From the NCBI RefSeq assembly GCF_036321535.1, contig NC_087462.1, positions 17,608,001 through 17,672,000 of the forward strand: DNA of 64,000 nucleotides, written 5' to 3'. Origin of the DNA: Camelus dromedarius (Eukaryota). The notes below the pieces were generated by a model that was not told where the DNA came from, made no database searches, and saw nothing but the letters and a program-made list of their open reading frames with translations. A program made the translations under genes and the position numbers. Shown in pieces: positions 1 to 12,289 of this stretch (position 1 is its first letter; each line of letters begins with the position of its first letter).

Positions 1-469
1 CGCCAAGCTTCCCTCCCTATAACGTGTCCCCAGAGCACAAGCCCCAGAAAGTCCAGGCAGACATGGGGCCCATTCAGCATCTCCATGGGGATTCCGAGAG
101 GAACCGTGCCGTGAGAAATACAAAGCGACGGGGTCATGCATGAGGGCTCGTATCTGTCGTATGTCACCCACGTGTGGCTCCGTGAAGCTCCAGTCCCTGG
201 GACATGCCACAGGGATGTTCCTGCTCCTGTGACAGCCAGCGCATCCTCTGGAGAAGGCATCTGTTGAGAATCCTTCAAAAGCATGTGCCATGACTGTATA
301 CACGGGGCCAAAAATAGCTGACCGGATTGGGCTAAAAAAAATCAAAGTGCCAGCGTGGAGGGGAATCTTTGCCAGAGTTAGGTACAGATGTCAGCGGGTA
401 AGGCAGTCATAGCTAGTTAAAACTGCCCTAGACAATCCCTTAAACCTGTCACATGCACATGTTGATCCA

Positions 470-700
470 CAGAGCTGTGTGGCAAGACTTTTTCTTAAAG
501 GGCCAGATGGTCAACATTCTAGGCTTTGTGGGTCAGTCTCTGTCANNNNNNNNNNNNNNNNNNNNNNNNNNNNNNNNNNNNNNNNNNNNNNNNNNNNNNN
601 NNNNNNNNNNNNNNNNNNNNNNNNNNNNNNNNNNNNNNNNNNNNNNNNNNNNNNNNNNNNNNNNNNNNNNNNNNCTCCAGGGCACAGTTTGTCACCCTTG
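470..700 (-). mobile_element. MER58A-like hAT-Charlie DNA transposon MITE, interrupted by an N-gap
   Basis: CAGAGCTGTGTGGCAAGACTTTTTCTTAAAGGGCCAGATGGTCAACATTCTAGGCTTTGTGGGTC and the end TTTGTCACCCTTG match the reverse complement of the recalled MER58A consensus; total length about 230 bp. Confidence 0.8.
546..674. other. Assembly gap (129 N)
   Basis: Run of N inside the MER58A copy. Confidence 0.99.
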
Positions 701-2249
701 ATTATAGACTATAATAGAAGGAAAGACCTATTTTACAAAAAGTATCTGTCGCCAAGCTCCCCGCACAAGGCCGTGGCGTAGGGAAGAGGAGCAGACTCGT
801 GGTTCCCGACTCAGACTCTCCAGGCCACACGTCGGCCAGAACGGCAGGTGAAATCGCCCAGTTTGAAAGGGCGTGTTTGCCTCTCGTTGCTCAGCACACA
901 GAGGTCAGTTCCGTAAGCTGATGATCACCCTTCATAACCCAACATGTAAATATAAAACCACCAAGCCTGTTTTTTTTTTTTTTTTCCTAATTTCAGTGAG
1001 TTATGCCCCATCCTAGAGGCTTAGACGATGGGGCATCGAAAGCACAGGTGGCCGCAGGAGGGAAATACGAGAGAAGTCGGGTTCTGCCCCTTTATCTCGG
1101 CCGATGGCAGTCGCCCGGAGAAAAACCCGCCCCAGCGCAGGGGATTAGGTACGAGCAGCTATAGGTGTGGGAGATGGGGGCGTGGGTTTTCTTTCTGTGC
1201 ACACTGGGCAAGCGAATAGCGCCACTCTGTTCTTTTGTAACGGTCAAAGTGCATGCGTTCTTGTGACGGGCTTAGAATGACTTAATGTCAACACTGGTTA
1301 AGGCAAGAGTGATTCCCAGCTGTGAACAGTGCTTATGAAGAAAAATATCACTGCAGGCAATAGGAAGGAGCCACGTCGCCTGATGGGAAAGTCCAAGAAA
1401 TGAGCTCCTGGCTTACTCCTTAGAGAAGAGCGCCCTCCATAAAAAGGGGATCCAGCTGACTAGGGGGCCGACCCCTGGCCTGGCCTGGCCTGTCACTCTA
1501 TCTATCCCTGCAAAACTGTCTCATGAAGACGGACCTTCACCAAAGGAAGATGCAGAGCCAAGGGGACAGACTTGTGACTGAAGGTTGTAGGCACACAAGG
1601 CTGTTATGGTCTCACGGGAGACACACCGCACAGCCCTGCTGGAAGGTCACCGGGGACGTCCCTCATCCCTGACTCCCTTGTCCCTGTCTTCCAGGCTCAA
1701 CACTGGGAGATCCACCTCGCCCCAGTGCTCAAGCCTGTCTTGAATTTCCTGGTGTTTCTTGGGGAAGTAGGAGGCAGCCCCAAAGAGTTGGGAAATAGAT
1801 TTAATGAGAAATATTCCCCCAAAGTTCCCAAGTGCTGTGGATTATAAATGAGGCCATGAGTCACGGGGCCGCCTGTAATATTTTATAAGTGGTGCTAGAA
1901 AACCGCCTCTAATAAACTGGGGAGAAGATGGATCACCTTTCTGAAAAAGTGAAAAGGGATGTTGGAGGCATAAACATATGCAAAGACCGGATTTTGATCC
2001 ACCTCTGGTTGAGAGGCAAGGCCTGGCCCCCCCCTCCATCTGGCATTCCCGGCCCTCCAGCTCTAAGAGCTTTATTACTGGAGCTCGGCACACGTTTACA
2101 TTTCAGGCTGATTGTTGGCACCGACGTCACATCTGGTATTACTTCCCCTGCATTGCTGCATCCCCCACCCCCAGCCTGCCCCCCGACCCTGGTCCATCAC
2201 CCGCAGAAGTTTCCGCAAACATTTCTCCTCCCATCTGCTGACTGTGGTG

Positions 2250-2475
2250 CAGGAGGGGGGAGATGAGGAGGAGGAGGAAGAGAGGGAGAAAAAGACAAGA
2301 AAGAGAAGGAAGGGGAGAAAGAGGAGGGGGTGAGTGGAGGACGAAGAATGGCTAAAAGGGTAGGAAAAAACGAGACCAAAAGGACAAAGGAAAGATTATA
2401 AAAAGAAAGAAAAGGCAAGAGAAGGATAGTAAGAAAGAAAAGTGAGAGAAAGTGGAGAGAATGGGGAGGTGAACC
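2250..2475 (+). repeat. Purine-rich (GA) low-complexity tract
   Basis: About 225 bp almost entirely G/A, e.g. GAGGAGGAGGAGGAAGAGAGGGAGAAAAAGACAAGAAAGAGAAGG. Confidence 0.9.
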
Positions 2476-3824
2476 CCGCAGAGAACACGATTTCTCTCCC
2501 AAGAAGCTGATCCAATCAGAGGATGTCTTTGCTCTGGTAACTTCTCTACAGAGATTGAGGCATCACTCAAATACATACTTCTCCGCCCACGGCCACAGCT
2601 GGGAGCAGACTGGTACAACTTTCATGCATTCCCGCAGGTTGCATTTCAGAGGAATTTATTATGCCCAGGTCATGAGAGTCTCCATGAGGATTCCAAGAGA
2701 CGGCAAGCGCTTGGCGGAGGGGGCTGCCCCCCAGGGAGGCCCCAGCAGCATCTTAGCAACTATTATCATCCCATCTAGTCCTCAGGGAGCCTACAGTTTA
2801 ATGGGGGGAAGGGACAAAAAGGAGTGAGAATATTATCTTTTTTCTTGACCCGTGACCACGCACACGCCAGGGCTGTCAGAAACAAACCCAGCCTGTTCTC
2901 ATCTGTAAAAGGAAGAGCTGTGGTAATCAAGTGGGATACCCAGCGCAGAGCTGTGCTTAGGTGCCCGGGCCACGCAGGCACGTCATCACCTGCGATCACC
3001 GACGCGGGGCCAGAGCCCGCTCACAGCAGGTGCTTGATAGGGCCCAGCTGAAGGGATACAGGTGCCGTCTGCGCGCTCACTCCCACACTCTCTTCTGGGC
3101 TCCAGAACTGACCCTCAGCCCAGGGAACTGGGGCAACAGAATCAAACACTCGTGGAGCACAAAGAGCCCTCATATGTAAATATTTATTTGCCCTTCGGAA
3201 TGTTTGCCCTGCTGCCGGCGGCCGAGAACCGAAGAAATGCTGTATTTCAGCATCTGAGCTGACGGCTTCTAGAATGCGGCCATAATGGGCCCTCAAAGAG
3301 GTTTTTCCTGTGGAGCCGGGAGCTGAGAAAATTCTACTTCAAAGGTGTCATTTCTGCTCCGGGGAAACAGGTGTCACTCCAGAGCCCAGCAAGTCACTGA
3401 AAATCGTCTTATCCTCGCTGATCAAACATAGGAAGGAAGGAGGCCGCGAGGGTGGGAGCAACCTTTAGCGATCGCTTCTCCAAAGGAGTGAACCTCGGGC
3501 AGGTATTCATCCCCCCGGGCCCTAACTGCTCACCCAGAAACTAGGAGGAATAACCCCAAACTTGCAGGGCTGGAAGGAGCACAGGTAATGGGCACAAAGT
3601 AGGAGAAGTGCGTGTAGCACACGAGGCTCTTCATAAATGTTCGCGATTATTATCATTGGTTATTATTAGTTTTTATTTGAAACACTGGCTTAGTTTTGGT
3701 TGCCCTGGAGAGCAAAACGGAAGGAAGCTCTTTGAGAGGAAAGGCTGTTTGTTTCTAATGCCTTGAAGATTCCCGTCTAAAACGGTTAACACTCTAAGTA
3801 GGTTCCCAGAGATAACCGTTTGAT

Positions 3825-3985
3825 TAGTTCATTGACACACTACGACCAGGGTGTGTCACCTCCACGGTACAGATGAGGAAAGCAAGGTCTGCGGGCAGGC
3901 TACAACTTTGCCAAGGTCATTCGAAGCCAAGGTTCTCCATCTCCAGAGCCTAAGAACTCAGGGAGTTCAAACTCAGGCGCCAGCG
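3825..3985 (-). mobile_element. MIR SINE fragment
   Basis: TACAGATGAGGAAAGCAAGG...TTTGCCAAGGTCA...GGGAGTTCAAACTCAGG resembles the reverse-complement MIR core. Confidence 0.65.
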
Positions 3986-5354
3986 GGGCCAGGTAGAGCA
4001 GGCAGAGGAGTGAAGCGGCTGCACACGGAGCCACTGCTGAGCACAGCGGAGAGTCATGGCTTGTTTACTGTTCCAGCCGACTATTGCTAGGAAAGAACCG
4101 GGGCCAGGGTGGCCAGATGTGACCTTCAAGCAAAGCAACGACTCTGGATTTCTAACATCTACAGCTTAAGATAAAAAAAAAGCACATGCCCCTGTGTGCC
4201 AGATCTGACCCCACGCCTTCCAGGTTTCTGCCCCCATCCCCCTCTCTGCCTCCAAAGACTTCAGGACCGCTCTGGGCGTTCTGGAAAAAAGCCTGTTCCC
4301 TGGCCACGCTCCTTCGGCCACCGAGTGGCACTCCTGGCCTTCCCCACGGTGGTGGTGGTGGTAGGGGGGGCAGCTCACCAGGTGTTTCCTATTTAATTTT
4401 GATGTGCAGGTTTTAACAAGAGCAATTTATAAGTTTGACATTGTCAGTGGTGGTCTGAATGGCTTCTCAGACTAATACAAAGGCTGCCAGAACCCATTAG
4501 CAAACCAATTGGGTAGTGTGGTGTCTTTGAAAAGAAAATTATTTTTCTATTTTTGCAGGTTAGACAGCACTGCTCCCTGGAGGCTCCTGCTTTCTCTAAG
4601 TTGCGAATACAAATACTGATGGTTGGGACTGGACTGTTCCCGCTCTTCTGCCAGCACCGCCCCCTCCCCGCCCACAGTGTTGAGCCTGCTCACTAGTGCA
4701 GGTTGAAGGAGTTCATTCAGCCTTTTCTAGGGGTCTGGCTGTTCCAGGCCTTGAGAGATGAGAAATTGCATTTGAGCATGAGTTCAAAAACCTGCAGTCC
4801 TGCCTACACCCGGGGAGACTCACTCCAGCACTGACCACGTGGCCAGGTGAGCTGGGGCGTGCAAGGGACAAGCTTGGGAAACAGCACCATTGGACCAACT
4901 TTCCAACCTTCGTTGGGCCCAGAAAGGACAACAAGCTTTGGGCCACTGCTGAAAGGTTCAGGGTAAGAGTGGAGATTACAGAGACCGTGTGTTGAGGTGA
5001 GGCAGAGAGATGAGATGAACAGCACTAGCAAGGAAGAAATCACTAATGATGTCTGTTTACAGTTGGTTTTGTGAATGTGGTGGAAGCTTCTCTCCTGCCC
5101 CTTTCCCCCTTCCAACAGCGTCTCCAGTCGTGGCTAAGAAGATTTCAGGCTGGGGTATGAGACTCCTGCTGAATCTGACCTTAAGTTGCTCAAGAAGCAG
5201 AAGAGACCAGCCCACAAATATCTGGGTTACATCCACACCAGCAAAGTAGTGGGGGCAGCGATCTGCTGCGCTGGTGCAACACAAGAGGCAGGACGCAGCC
5301 ACACCATGCACACGGGCATGCAGCCTTCCTGACCCGGTGGCAAAGCAGAAACAG

Positions 5355-5480
5355 CATGAAGCCCGAGTTCTAATCCTGGCTCTCGCACTAACTTGTTTGT
5401 GACTTCATGCAAGTTAGGTCTGACCCTGGGCCTCAGTTTACCAATCTGTAAATGAAGGAGTTGGCTGACATCCTAGAGGA
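5355..5480 (+). mobile_element. MIR SINE fragment
   Basis: GAGTTCTAATCCTGGCTCT...TGTGACTT...GGGCCTCAGTTTACCAATCTGTAAATGAAGG. Confidence 0.75.
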
Positions 5481-6044
5481 CCTAAAGTCTCTCTCAAGAA
5501 TAACATCCCAGCTTCTGACAGCTGTTCAAAGCCAGGTGGAGCTCATCAGGGAAAAGAAGGCTCTGTCTGTGTCAGTTCATATGACTGCACAGCCAACCGA
5601 TGTAAGAAAATCCTCCTGCACGTGAGAGCCACCCTGGAGAGGCCACTCTTCCACATCATCTGCGACTTTGTGGGATAAAGTGTCTGTAAGTGGAAGAAAA
5701 AGCAAACCATTACGTTTGTTCCCTTTATGGGCGACAACCTGGCAGACGCCCCACCCCCGGCTGTCTGGAGCAGGTGATCTCTCCGGGACGGAGCCTGAGG
5801 TGTGGGGGCCAAGAACCTGGCCTAGTGATGTGGGCAGAGGGATTCCGAGCCCCAAGGACATGGCTGCTTAGTTCTGCGGCTGCCAGGCCCCAGCTCTTGT
5901 CTTCCTTGTGCCTGGGAGTCAGCTTGGAGCTGCTTCTCCTCCGTTCAGCTCAGACGTGCGGGAGCACGGCTGTGGCCTCTCAGCAGAAATGAAGACGTCT
6001 GGCCTTAGCGAGAACCCTGTCACCCCAGACAGTGACACAGGGAC

Positions 6045-6480
6045 TATTTATTGAGGGTTCTCTCTGTGCCAGGCACTGTTATATATGCTTGAACCCTCGC
6101 AACAGTCCTACGAGGGAGCAATTACTATCATCCTCACTTTATTTTATTCTTTAAAATTTTGTTACAGAAGTATGGTTGATTTACAATGTTGTGTTAGTTT
6201 CTGGTGCAAAGCATAATGATTCAGTTACATATATATATTCCTTTTCATATTCTTTTTCATTACAGATTACTACAAGCTAGTGAATACAGTTCCCCGTGCT
6301 ATACAGTAGGACCTTGTTGTTTATCTGCTTTGTATACAGTAGTTTCTGTCTGCTAATCCCAAACTCCTAATTTATCCCCATTTTAGAGATAAGGGAACTA
6401 AGGCACAGAGAGGTTAAGTAACCTGCCCAAGGTGACACATAGAGGGCAGAGGGCAGAGCCAGGACTCAATCCCAGGTGGT
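6045..6480 (-). mobile_element. MIR SINE split by an L1 insertion
   Basis: TATTTATTGAG...TGTGCCAGGCACTG (MIR tail) at left; CCCCATTTTAGAGATAAGGGAACTAAGGCACAGAGAGGTTAAGTAACCTGCCCAAGGTGACAC (MIR core) at right. Confidence 0.85.
6140..6373 (-). mobile_element. 5'-truncated L1 3'-UTR fragment (artiodactyl type)
   Basis: GTTGATTTACAATGTTGTGTTAGTTTCTGGTG...GTGCTATACAGTAGGACCTTGTTGTTTATC...CCCAAACTCCTAATTTATCCC; degenerate TSD ATCCTCACTTT / ATCCCCATTTT. Confidence 0.9.
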
Positions 6481-6594
6481 CGGATTCCCCAAGCCTTTCA
6501 TTTTAGCCACATATTATACTGTTTCCTTAACATGGCTGGTGGCTCAGAGAGAGTCTGGGACTCTGTTGCATATTTTCTATGCACTCGTTTTAAA

Positions 6595-6750
6595 TGCCTG
6601 TCTTCCCTGCTGGATTATAAACGCTCGGAGAGCAGGGGCCGTGTCTCCCTTACTCACTCTGGGCCTGCGATGCCCAGCAGTTACGTGGCACGCAGTGGAT
6701 GCTCTGTGAATCTCTGATTTATAAATGCAGGCACGAACAGACGCATGAAT
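6595..6750 (+). mobile_element. L2 LINE 3' end
   Basis: CTGGATTATAAACGCTCGGAGAGCAGGGGCCGTGTC...CACGCAGTGGATGCTCTGTGAAT...ATGAATAAA. Confidence 0.6.
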
Positions 6751-6834
6751 AAAACCCAGCAGGTAAGAGTTAAGGAGCAATGCCACCTTCCTAAAATTCT
6801 AAGCTTCCTGAAAAGAAAAAGGTTAACTACATTT

Positions 6835-7050
6835 GCTAACTGCCCACTGTATGCCAGCTACTGTGGGAGACGCTTTACGTGATTGGTTTCTTTAATTGTC
6901 AACAACCACGAGAGGTACAACTTCATACTTCCGTACGTATGGGAGAAGCTGAGGCTCAGGGAGCTTAAGGCAGTTGCCCCAGATCCTGTAGATGTAAATG
7001 GTAGAGCTGGATTCGAACTCAGGACTATCAGACTCCATAACATTCCTTGA
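6835..7050 (-). mobile_element. MIR SINE
   Basis: CCCACTGTATGCCAG...GAGAAGCTGAGGCTCAGGGAGCTTAAGGCAGTTGCCCCAG...GAGCTGGATTCGAACTCAGG. Confidence 0.8.
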
Positions 7051-8559
7051 CCATGTGTGACTACTAGCGTGAGTCCAAACTTAAACCAGTCCTGGTCAAA
7101 GATGCCTTTTTAGGCTTAGATGGTTTGCTTTGGGAGAAAGTAAAGAATCACACATAATACAATGTAAATAACATAAAACTGAGTGAAGTTGGGGATTTTA
7201 AGCTTGGCACCATTACTAGGTTTCTCCCCTATCTGGGCCCATCTGTAACATGAGGAGGTTCAAGCAGATTATCAGTACAGTACCCCCCAGTTCCAGTGGT
7301 CTATGGCTCAATGAAAACCATCAGAGCCCAGAAGAGGGCCAGGAGATGTCGCAGCAGTCTTGCTGGACCTCCTTCTGGCCCACCGGAGGTGGTGATGAAG
7401 AGACAGCACTGAGAAGGTAGGTATGAGACACCCTTAAACTTCTTCCTAATTCCCTCATCCTGCCTGAAACTTGTGAGCCGTCAGAGCCCTAAGTCATTCA
7501 GACATTCCCTAGCTCAGTGACAGGAGCTGGTGACAGCGTCTTCAGCACCCCTGGTAATGCTAAGGTTTTAAGACAGAGCAGATGATACAAAGCCAGGTTA
7601 TGACTATTGGACAGAAAATATCTGGGCATCTAGCAAGGATTTGTGGTCTCACATAAGCAGAGAATATTCAAATCAGACCCCTAGAGCCCTGGGAGGTATG
7701 AACCAGAGGCTTAGAGAGATGTTTTGCTTGGTCCAAATGGTACTTAAATAATGAAATTTAAGCGAAACACCCACATTTTCTTAGGGGAAAAAAAGGAAGA
7801 TCTGAAAAGTGTGGACCTGCATGCTCGCACAGTAAATATTTTGGATGGAGCTGAACTGGGTTAAGAATCGTATTACAAGTAAAGGAAAACCCAAGCCAAG
7901 TACCTGACAGGCTCGGAGGTAGATTAGAAGGCAAAGTTCATTAGATTTAGGGCCCTGTAAGGTGATTAAGAACCCCACAGTAACTTTCTGCTTCTCCAGT
8001 CTTCCTTCTAAGATGTTACCTTCCTCGTAAACAGTGGCTGTGGTTCTAGACTTTACAGTTGCCTTCTGGAGAATTGAGAGGAAACCAGCCTTGGTTTTTC
8101 TCAGAATTTCCAGCAAAGACTCCCAAGGCTTTGGGCTTGAATGGACCACTTTAAACTGATACCTGTGGCTTTGGGAATACCGTTCTGTGGGTTGGCTTAA
8201 ACCTGGATGACCTGAAACAATCATGATAGCAAGGTGTACAAGAGTCCTCTGATTAGTTTATACCAGTCAGGGGTATAACATGTGGCTTGGGGTGGGTTGC
8301 ATCCTAAACATATGGGTTGCTGCCCAGTAGGGGAAGGGCAGGGTTGATTTTGGGGAGACAGCCCCATTGTCTGCTAGGTCCTGCTGTCCCCCTTGGTGGG
8401 TACCTGCTCTCCAGTTCACCATGCTCCCCACCTCTCCCCATTGTTAGACACCTGGCTCATTTTAGCCATGCTTCCCAGATACTGGACAATGAATCGAATT
8501 TATTCCCTGCTCTCCCCAATTAAATGTAGGTGCCTAGAAACACACAAAAGGCAATCGGA

Positions 8560-8700
8560 ATCATTTTATAAATGGGGAAGTTAAGCTCAGGGACCTGGGA
8601 CATAGTCCACAGTTGCAGGTAAGGTGGGGAGACTTAGCTCCAAATGGCATGGCTGAGCCAATGAGAGAGCCCAGGGAATTTCACTCTGTCCACATGTTGG
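8560..8700 (-). mobile_element. MIR SINE fragment
   Basis: CATTTTATAAATGGGGAAGTTAAGCTCAGGG...GTCCACAG. Confidence 0.55.
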
Positions 8701-9384
8701 CAAGCTTGACGTGGAATGAAGCTGTATGACTTCTTGAAACTTGGATGGGCTCAATACCACTCAAGAGTTAACTTTCAGTCCATGTATAGACGGGAAGTGA
8801 TGGAGAAATCAAGTCATTTCAGTTGTGATGAGCAGAAGCAGCCTTTAGTATACACAGGGCTGGGGGAAGTTCCTGTTTTAGAAGTGAAATCTAGGTCTTT
8901 TTTTTTTCTGCTGAGAACAGGGCTGAACAAACACAAGTTGGGTAAAAAGCTCCCACACTGGTCTGTAAGAGTGTCCTAGGTTCCTACTGCTAAGCAGTTC
9001 CAGGAGGTCCTGGATTGAATGTGGGCGTTTACTGAGATGAACTGCATATAAGGCCATGAACACAACTAGATGGTTTGACAGTGGAATCAGCGAAATTACA
9101 GATCAGTGTATCGTGGATATGGAACAGGTATGTTTTGAGGATGATACTGGGTCAGAAAAGATGGGCATAGGGACATCCTCTAGAAGACGCTGGGCATCCT
9201 TGGAGTGGAAAGGGGCACTGGGCTTAGCCTGGGGTGGACAACGATACTGGAGAGGGGCTATTCCAAGAGGGAAAGGGAAGAGGTGATGAAGCTTTATTAG
9301 TTTCTGGAAGTTAACCTTGCTATAAGATCAAAAAGGGCACTGCACTCAGGAAGGGTGTTGCACTGAGACTGACAGCAGGCAGCA

Positions 9385-9530
9385 TGGCTTATGGTAAGAG
9401 TCTGTGTCCTAAGGAACTGACAATTCGGGCTGTAAAGATGGATGGTAATCTAATGAGCCTTTGCCTTGAAATCCTTTAGTTTCTCACCTGTATAAGGAGG
9501 AGTCAGTGGATAATCTCCTAACGTCTTTCC
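9385..9530 (+). mobile_element. MIR SINE fragment
   Basis: CTTTAGTTTCTCACCTGTATAAGGAGGAGTCAGTGGATAATCTCCTAAC. Confidence 0.5.
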
Positions 9531-9939
9531 CTCAGAATATCTTCATTTCAGAAAGGACAGTCATTAACCCTCCCCTCCCCACCTCCCCCATCACTGTTGA
9601 AATACCCAGTCAAGGACCAATGCATCTTTGATTGGAAAGAAGCCCCAGCAGAGGGGGAACCCCCAGGTAATAGGATAAATTACTGAAGATTATTCAGGTG
9701 TCCACTGCAAGAGGAAGCAAAGTCCCTCATTCATTAAAAAAAATGTACTGCATTTAGTTTCAACCACATACAAGACACTGCTTTAGTAAAAAGATGAACA
9801 GAACAAAACAAAAATAGAATCAACACAAAAACTATCCCCAGACCCTGCCCTGTGTCCTGCAGAACTGATGAGGAGGGAGGCGGGCGGGGAGAGAGAGCAC
9901 CAAGATTAATCAAAGACGAATCAACAGTCATCAAATAAT

Positions 9940-10200
9940 ACAACTAAATAGAAAACTGTAATGGCCATAAGTGCTTTGAAAGAAAAGCAAAGGGTGTCAT
10001 AGGAAATTAGAGAAAATGGACTTAATTAGGAGTCCAGGTGTTTGAGCTGCGAACAGAGTGAAGACGTGTCAGGGAACAGTGCTTCCGTGCAGAGGGAACA
10101 GCATGGACAGAGGTGCTGCAGCGGGAGGAAGCAGGATGGGTTGGTAGAATTGACAACAAGTTCAGTGATGCTGGAGAAAAGGACAAGATATTTGTACCAT
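9940..10200 (-). mobile_element. L2 LINE fragment
   Basis: ATAAGTGCTTTGAAAGAAAAGCAAAGGG...GTGCTTCCGTGCAGAGGGAACAGCATGGACAGAGG, the typical reverse-strand L2 motif. Confidence 0.75.
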
Positions 10201-10264
10201 GGGATATTTGGTACCATGTTGGGAAGGTTTACTTTTATCTTAAGAGCCATAGGGCACCACATAA

Positions 10265-10320
10265 TGTATGTGTATGTGTGTGTGTGTGTGTGTGCATGTG
10301 AGAGAGAGACAGACACACAG
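10265..10320. repeat. Compound (TG)n/(AG)n microsatellite, pure core (TG)10
   Basis: Pure TG run 10275-10294 followed by AGAGAGAGACAGACACACAG. Confidence 0.95.
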
Positions 10321-11440
10321 AGGGGGTGTGCCAGAGTTGTGCTTTGAACAGGTGGCTCTGGGTACTGTGTCCACGGGTGGGGCAGGTCAGGAAAGGGCGA
10401 GGCCACATCACTCCACCATCCTGCTGAGCCCCACCGCACGGGACCGCAGTGTCTCAGCATTCTTACTGTGCAGAACTACGGATTCCCATGCTCTACAGTC
10501 CCTGGTCATCCACCTGCTCAACTTCTGCCTCAATCTGGGATCCCTGGCCAATTGGATACCTGCAGGAAATTTCAGTACCCCCAGGAGGTTCAGGGCTGGC
10601 CACACCAGAGACACAGCTTCCGGACACAGAAAGCACATGCATCCTGCTCTGCAGATAGGACCAGACGATGAAATTCTGCCGTGGAAATCAAACCACGCAC
10701 ACACACGTACAGTGGTACCCTGCACATCTGTCAGAAACCTTTTCCCTGGACAAATGATGATTTATAGGAGGCTGCTCTCTTTCCCGCCTTTCTCTTGCTC
10801 TATTTTAGGAGAATATATCCAGACCATGTGTTTTTGCTTAGCCTGACACATTCCAAGCACGCTTTCTGTTTTCCATGTACTGGTGAAAGGTCCTCCCTTA
10901 AGAAGTAGAAGGAAAAAAACAGAAGAAAAAGTAAGCGACCCCCTACACCGCCCACCCCATCTTCCCTGGGTGGCTAGAGGTGCGGCCATTATCCACACAC
11001 TGGGGGTCCCGGGGAGCCCCCCAGGGCAGCCTGAGCAGCAGCTTTTGAAGGCCAGATTCTGGGGTACACCAACAGACTCCCCATGTCCCCCAGGAGCACC
11101 CCACTGCAGGCACGAAGAAAGCTGGGCGGCATGGAAGGTGGCCCCCGTGGCCGTTTGGCAACTCAGACTCACCAAGCACTTTCCCTCCTCGGAACCGCAG
11201 TCCTCCCTGAAATCCTCTCCTCGCACTGCAGACCTCTCGCCTCCCTTAGGATCCAGCTCAGATCACCCTCCCGACCTCCACCAGGCCGCCTTTCCCTCCC
11301 ACACTGCCCCGTCCAGAGGAAGTCCCCCACCCCTGTCGCTTCTGTCTCAGCGCCCTGTTTCTTTCATGCCGATGATCACATGTGGTAATTGCTGCACTGA
11401 GTTCTTACTTGTTTTCACTTCTTTCCTTCTTTCACTCAGC

Positions 11441-11661
11441 TAGGGGTGGGCAAACTCTGGCCCCATGTGCCCAATCCAGTCCACTGCCTGCTTTTGTAAA
11501 TAAAACTGCACTGGGAAGCAGTCACTCATACTGCACAGACTGCCTGAGGCCGCTTTCCCCCTTCACGGCGGAGTTGAGCTGTTGTGCCAGAGGCCATGTG
11601 GCTTTCCAAGCCCCAAATATTTACCCTCTAGCCTATTACAGAAAAAGTGTAGTGACCTCTG
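11441..11661 (+). mobile_element. MER58A-like hAT-Charlie MITE, near full length
   Basis: TAGGGGTGGGCAAACT...TTTTGTAAATAAAACT...GGCGGAGTTGAG...CAAATATTTACCCTCTAGCCTATTACAGAAAAAGTGTAGTGACCTCTG; terminal inverted repeats discernible. Confidence 0.85.
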
Positions 11662-11800
11662 CATTAGACAGCAAACTCCATGAGGACAGATACTTAGAAA
11701 AAAAAAAAAAAAGCTTGCCTTTTTAATCAGAGCACTCCCAGTTTCCAGCCCAAGAGTTTGGCACATAATAGGTACGTGGTAAGGTATTTGTTGAAAGACT
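11662..11800 (+). mobile_element. L2 LINE 3' end
   Basis: TAGACAGCAAACTCCATGAGGACAG...TTGGCACATAATAGGTACGTGGTAAGGTATTTGTTGAA. Confidence 0.8.
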
Positions 11801-12289
11801 CTCAAAAATGCGAGGCCAGCGACAAGAGAATGATTTGCATCTTTAAACCTCAGATTCTTGTTGCTGATTCTTTTCTGTAAGGCTTGCCTTGTACTTAGTC
11901 TGGAGTTTAAAAACCAGGAGAAGATAACTTTCCTTCCGTAACATGGTGCCCTTAAACAAGAAATAAAAGTAAAGTTTTAAGAGAGAGGGGGCCAAAAAAC
12001 CCCCAAAAAACCAAAAAACCAAACCAAAAAACCCAACCCTCAAGCCATAAATATGAACAATTCTGATTTATGAGGCCACGGAGGGTTGTCCCCCATTACG
12101 ACAGCAAGCTCGCAGAAGGCAGCCCAAATGAAGTGAAATGCAAGGGGCCAGAGAAAAGCAAGAAAAAAAAAAAAAATCATTAGGTTGGTTTTTCTCCAAG
12201 TGGGCAGACTTTCTGCTGATAGGAAGTGGGCATTTGTGCAAATCTTAATTTAATAAAGCCTTTGGGAAAACACTTAGGTAGCACTACCA

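Noticed and set aside
5118-5690. Acceptor at 5118, a stop-free stretch EDFRLGYETPAESDLKLLKKQKRPAHKYLG, and a GTAAGT-terminated segment near 5576-5685
   Set aside because: The stop-free frame is preceded by an in-frame TAA after the acceptor, the second segment has stops in all frames, and neither peptide is recognised.
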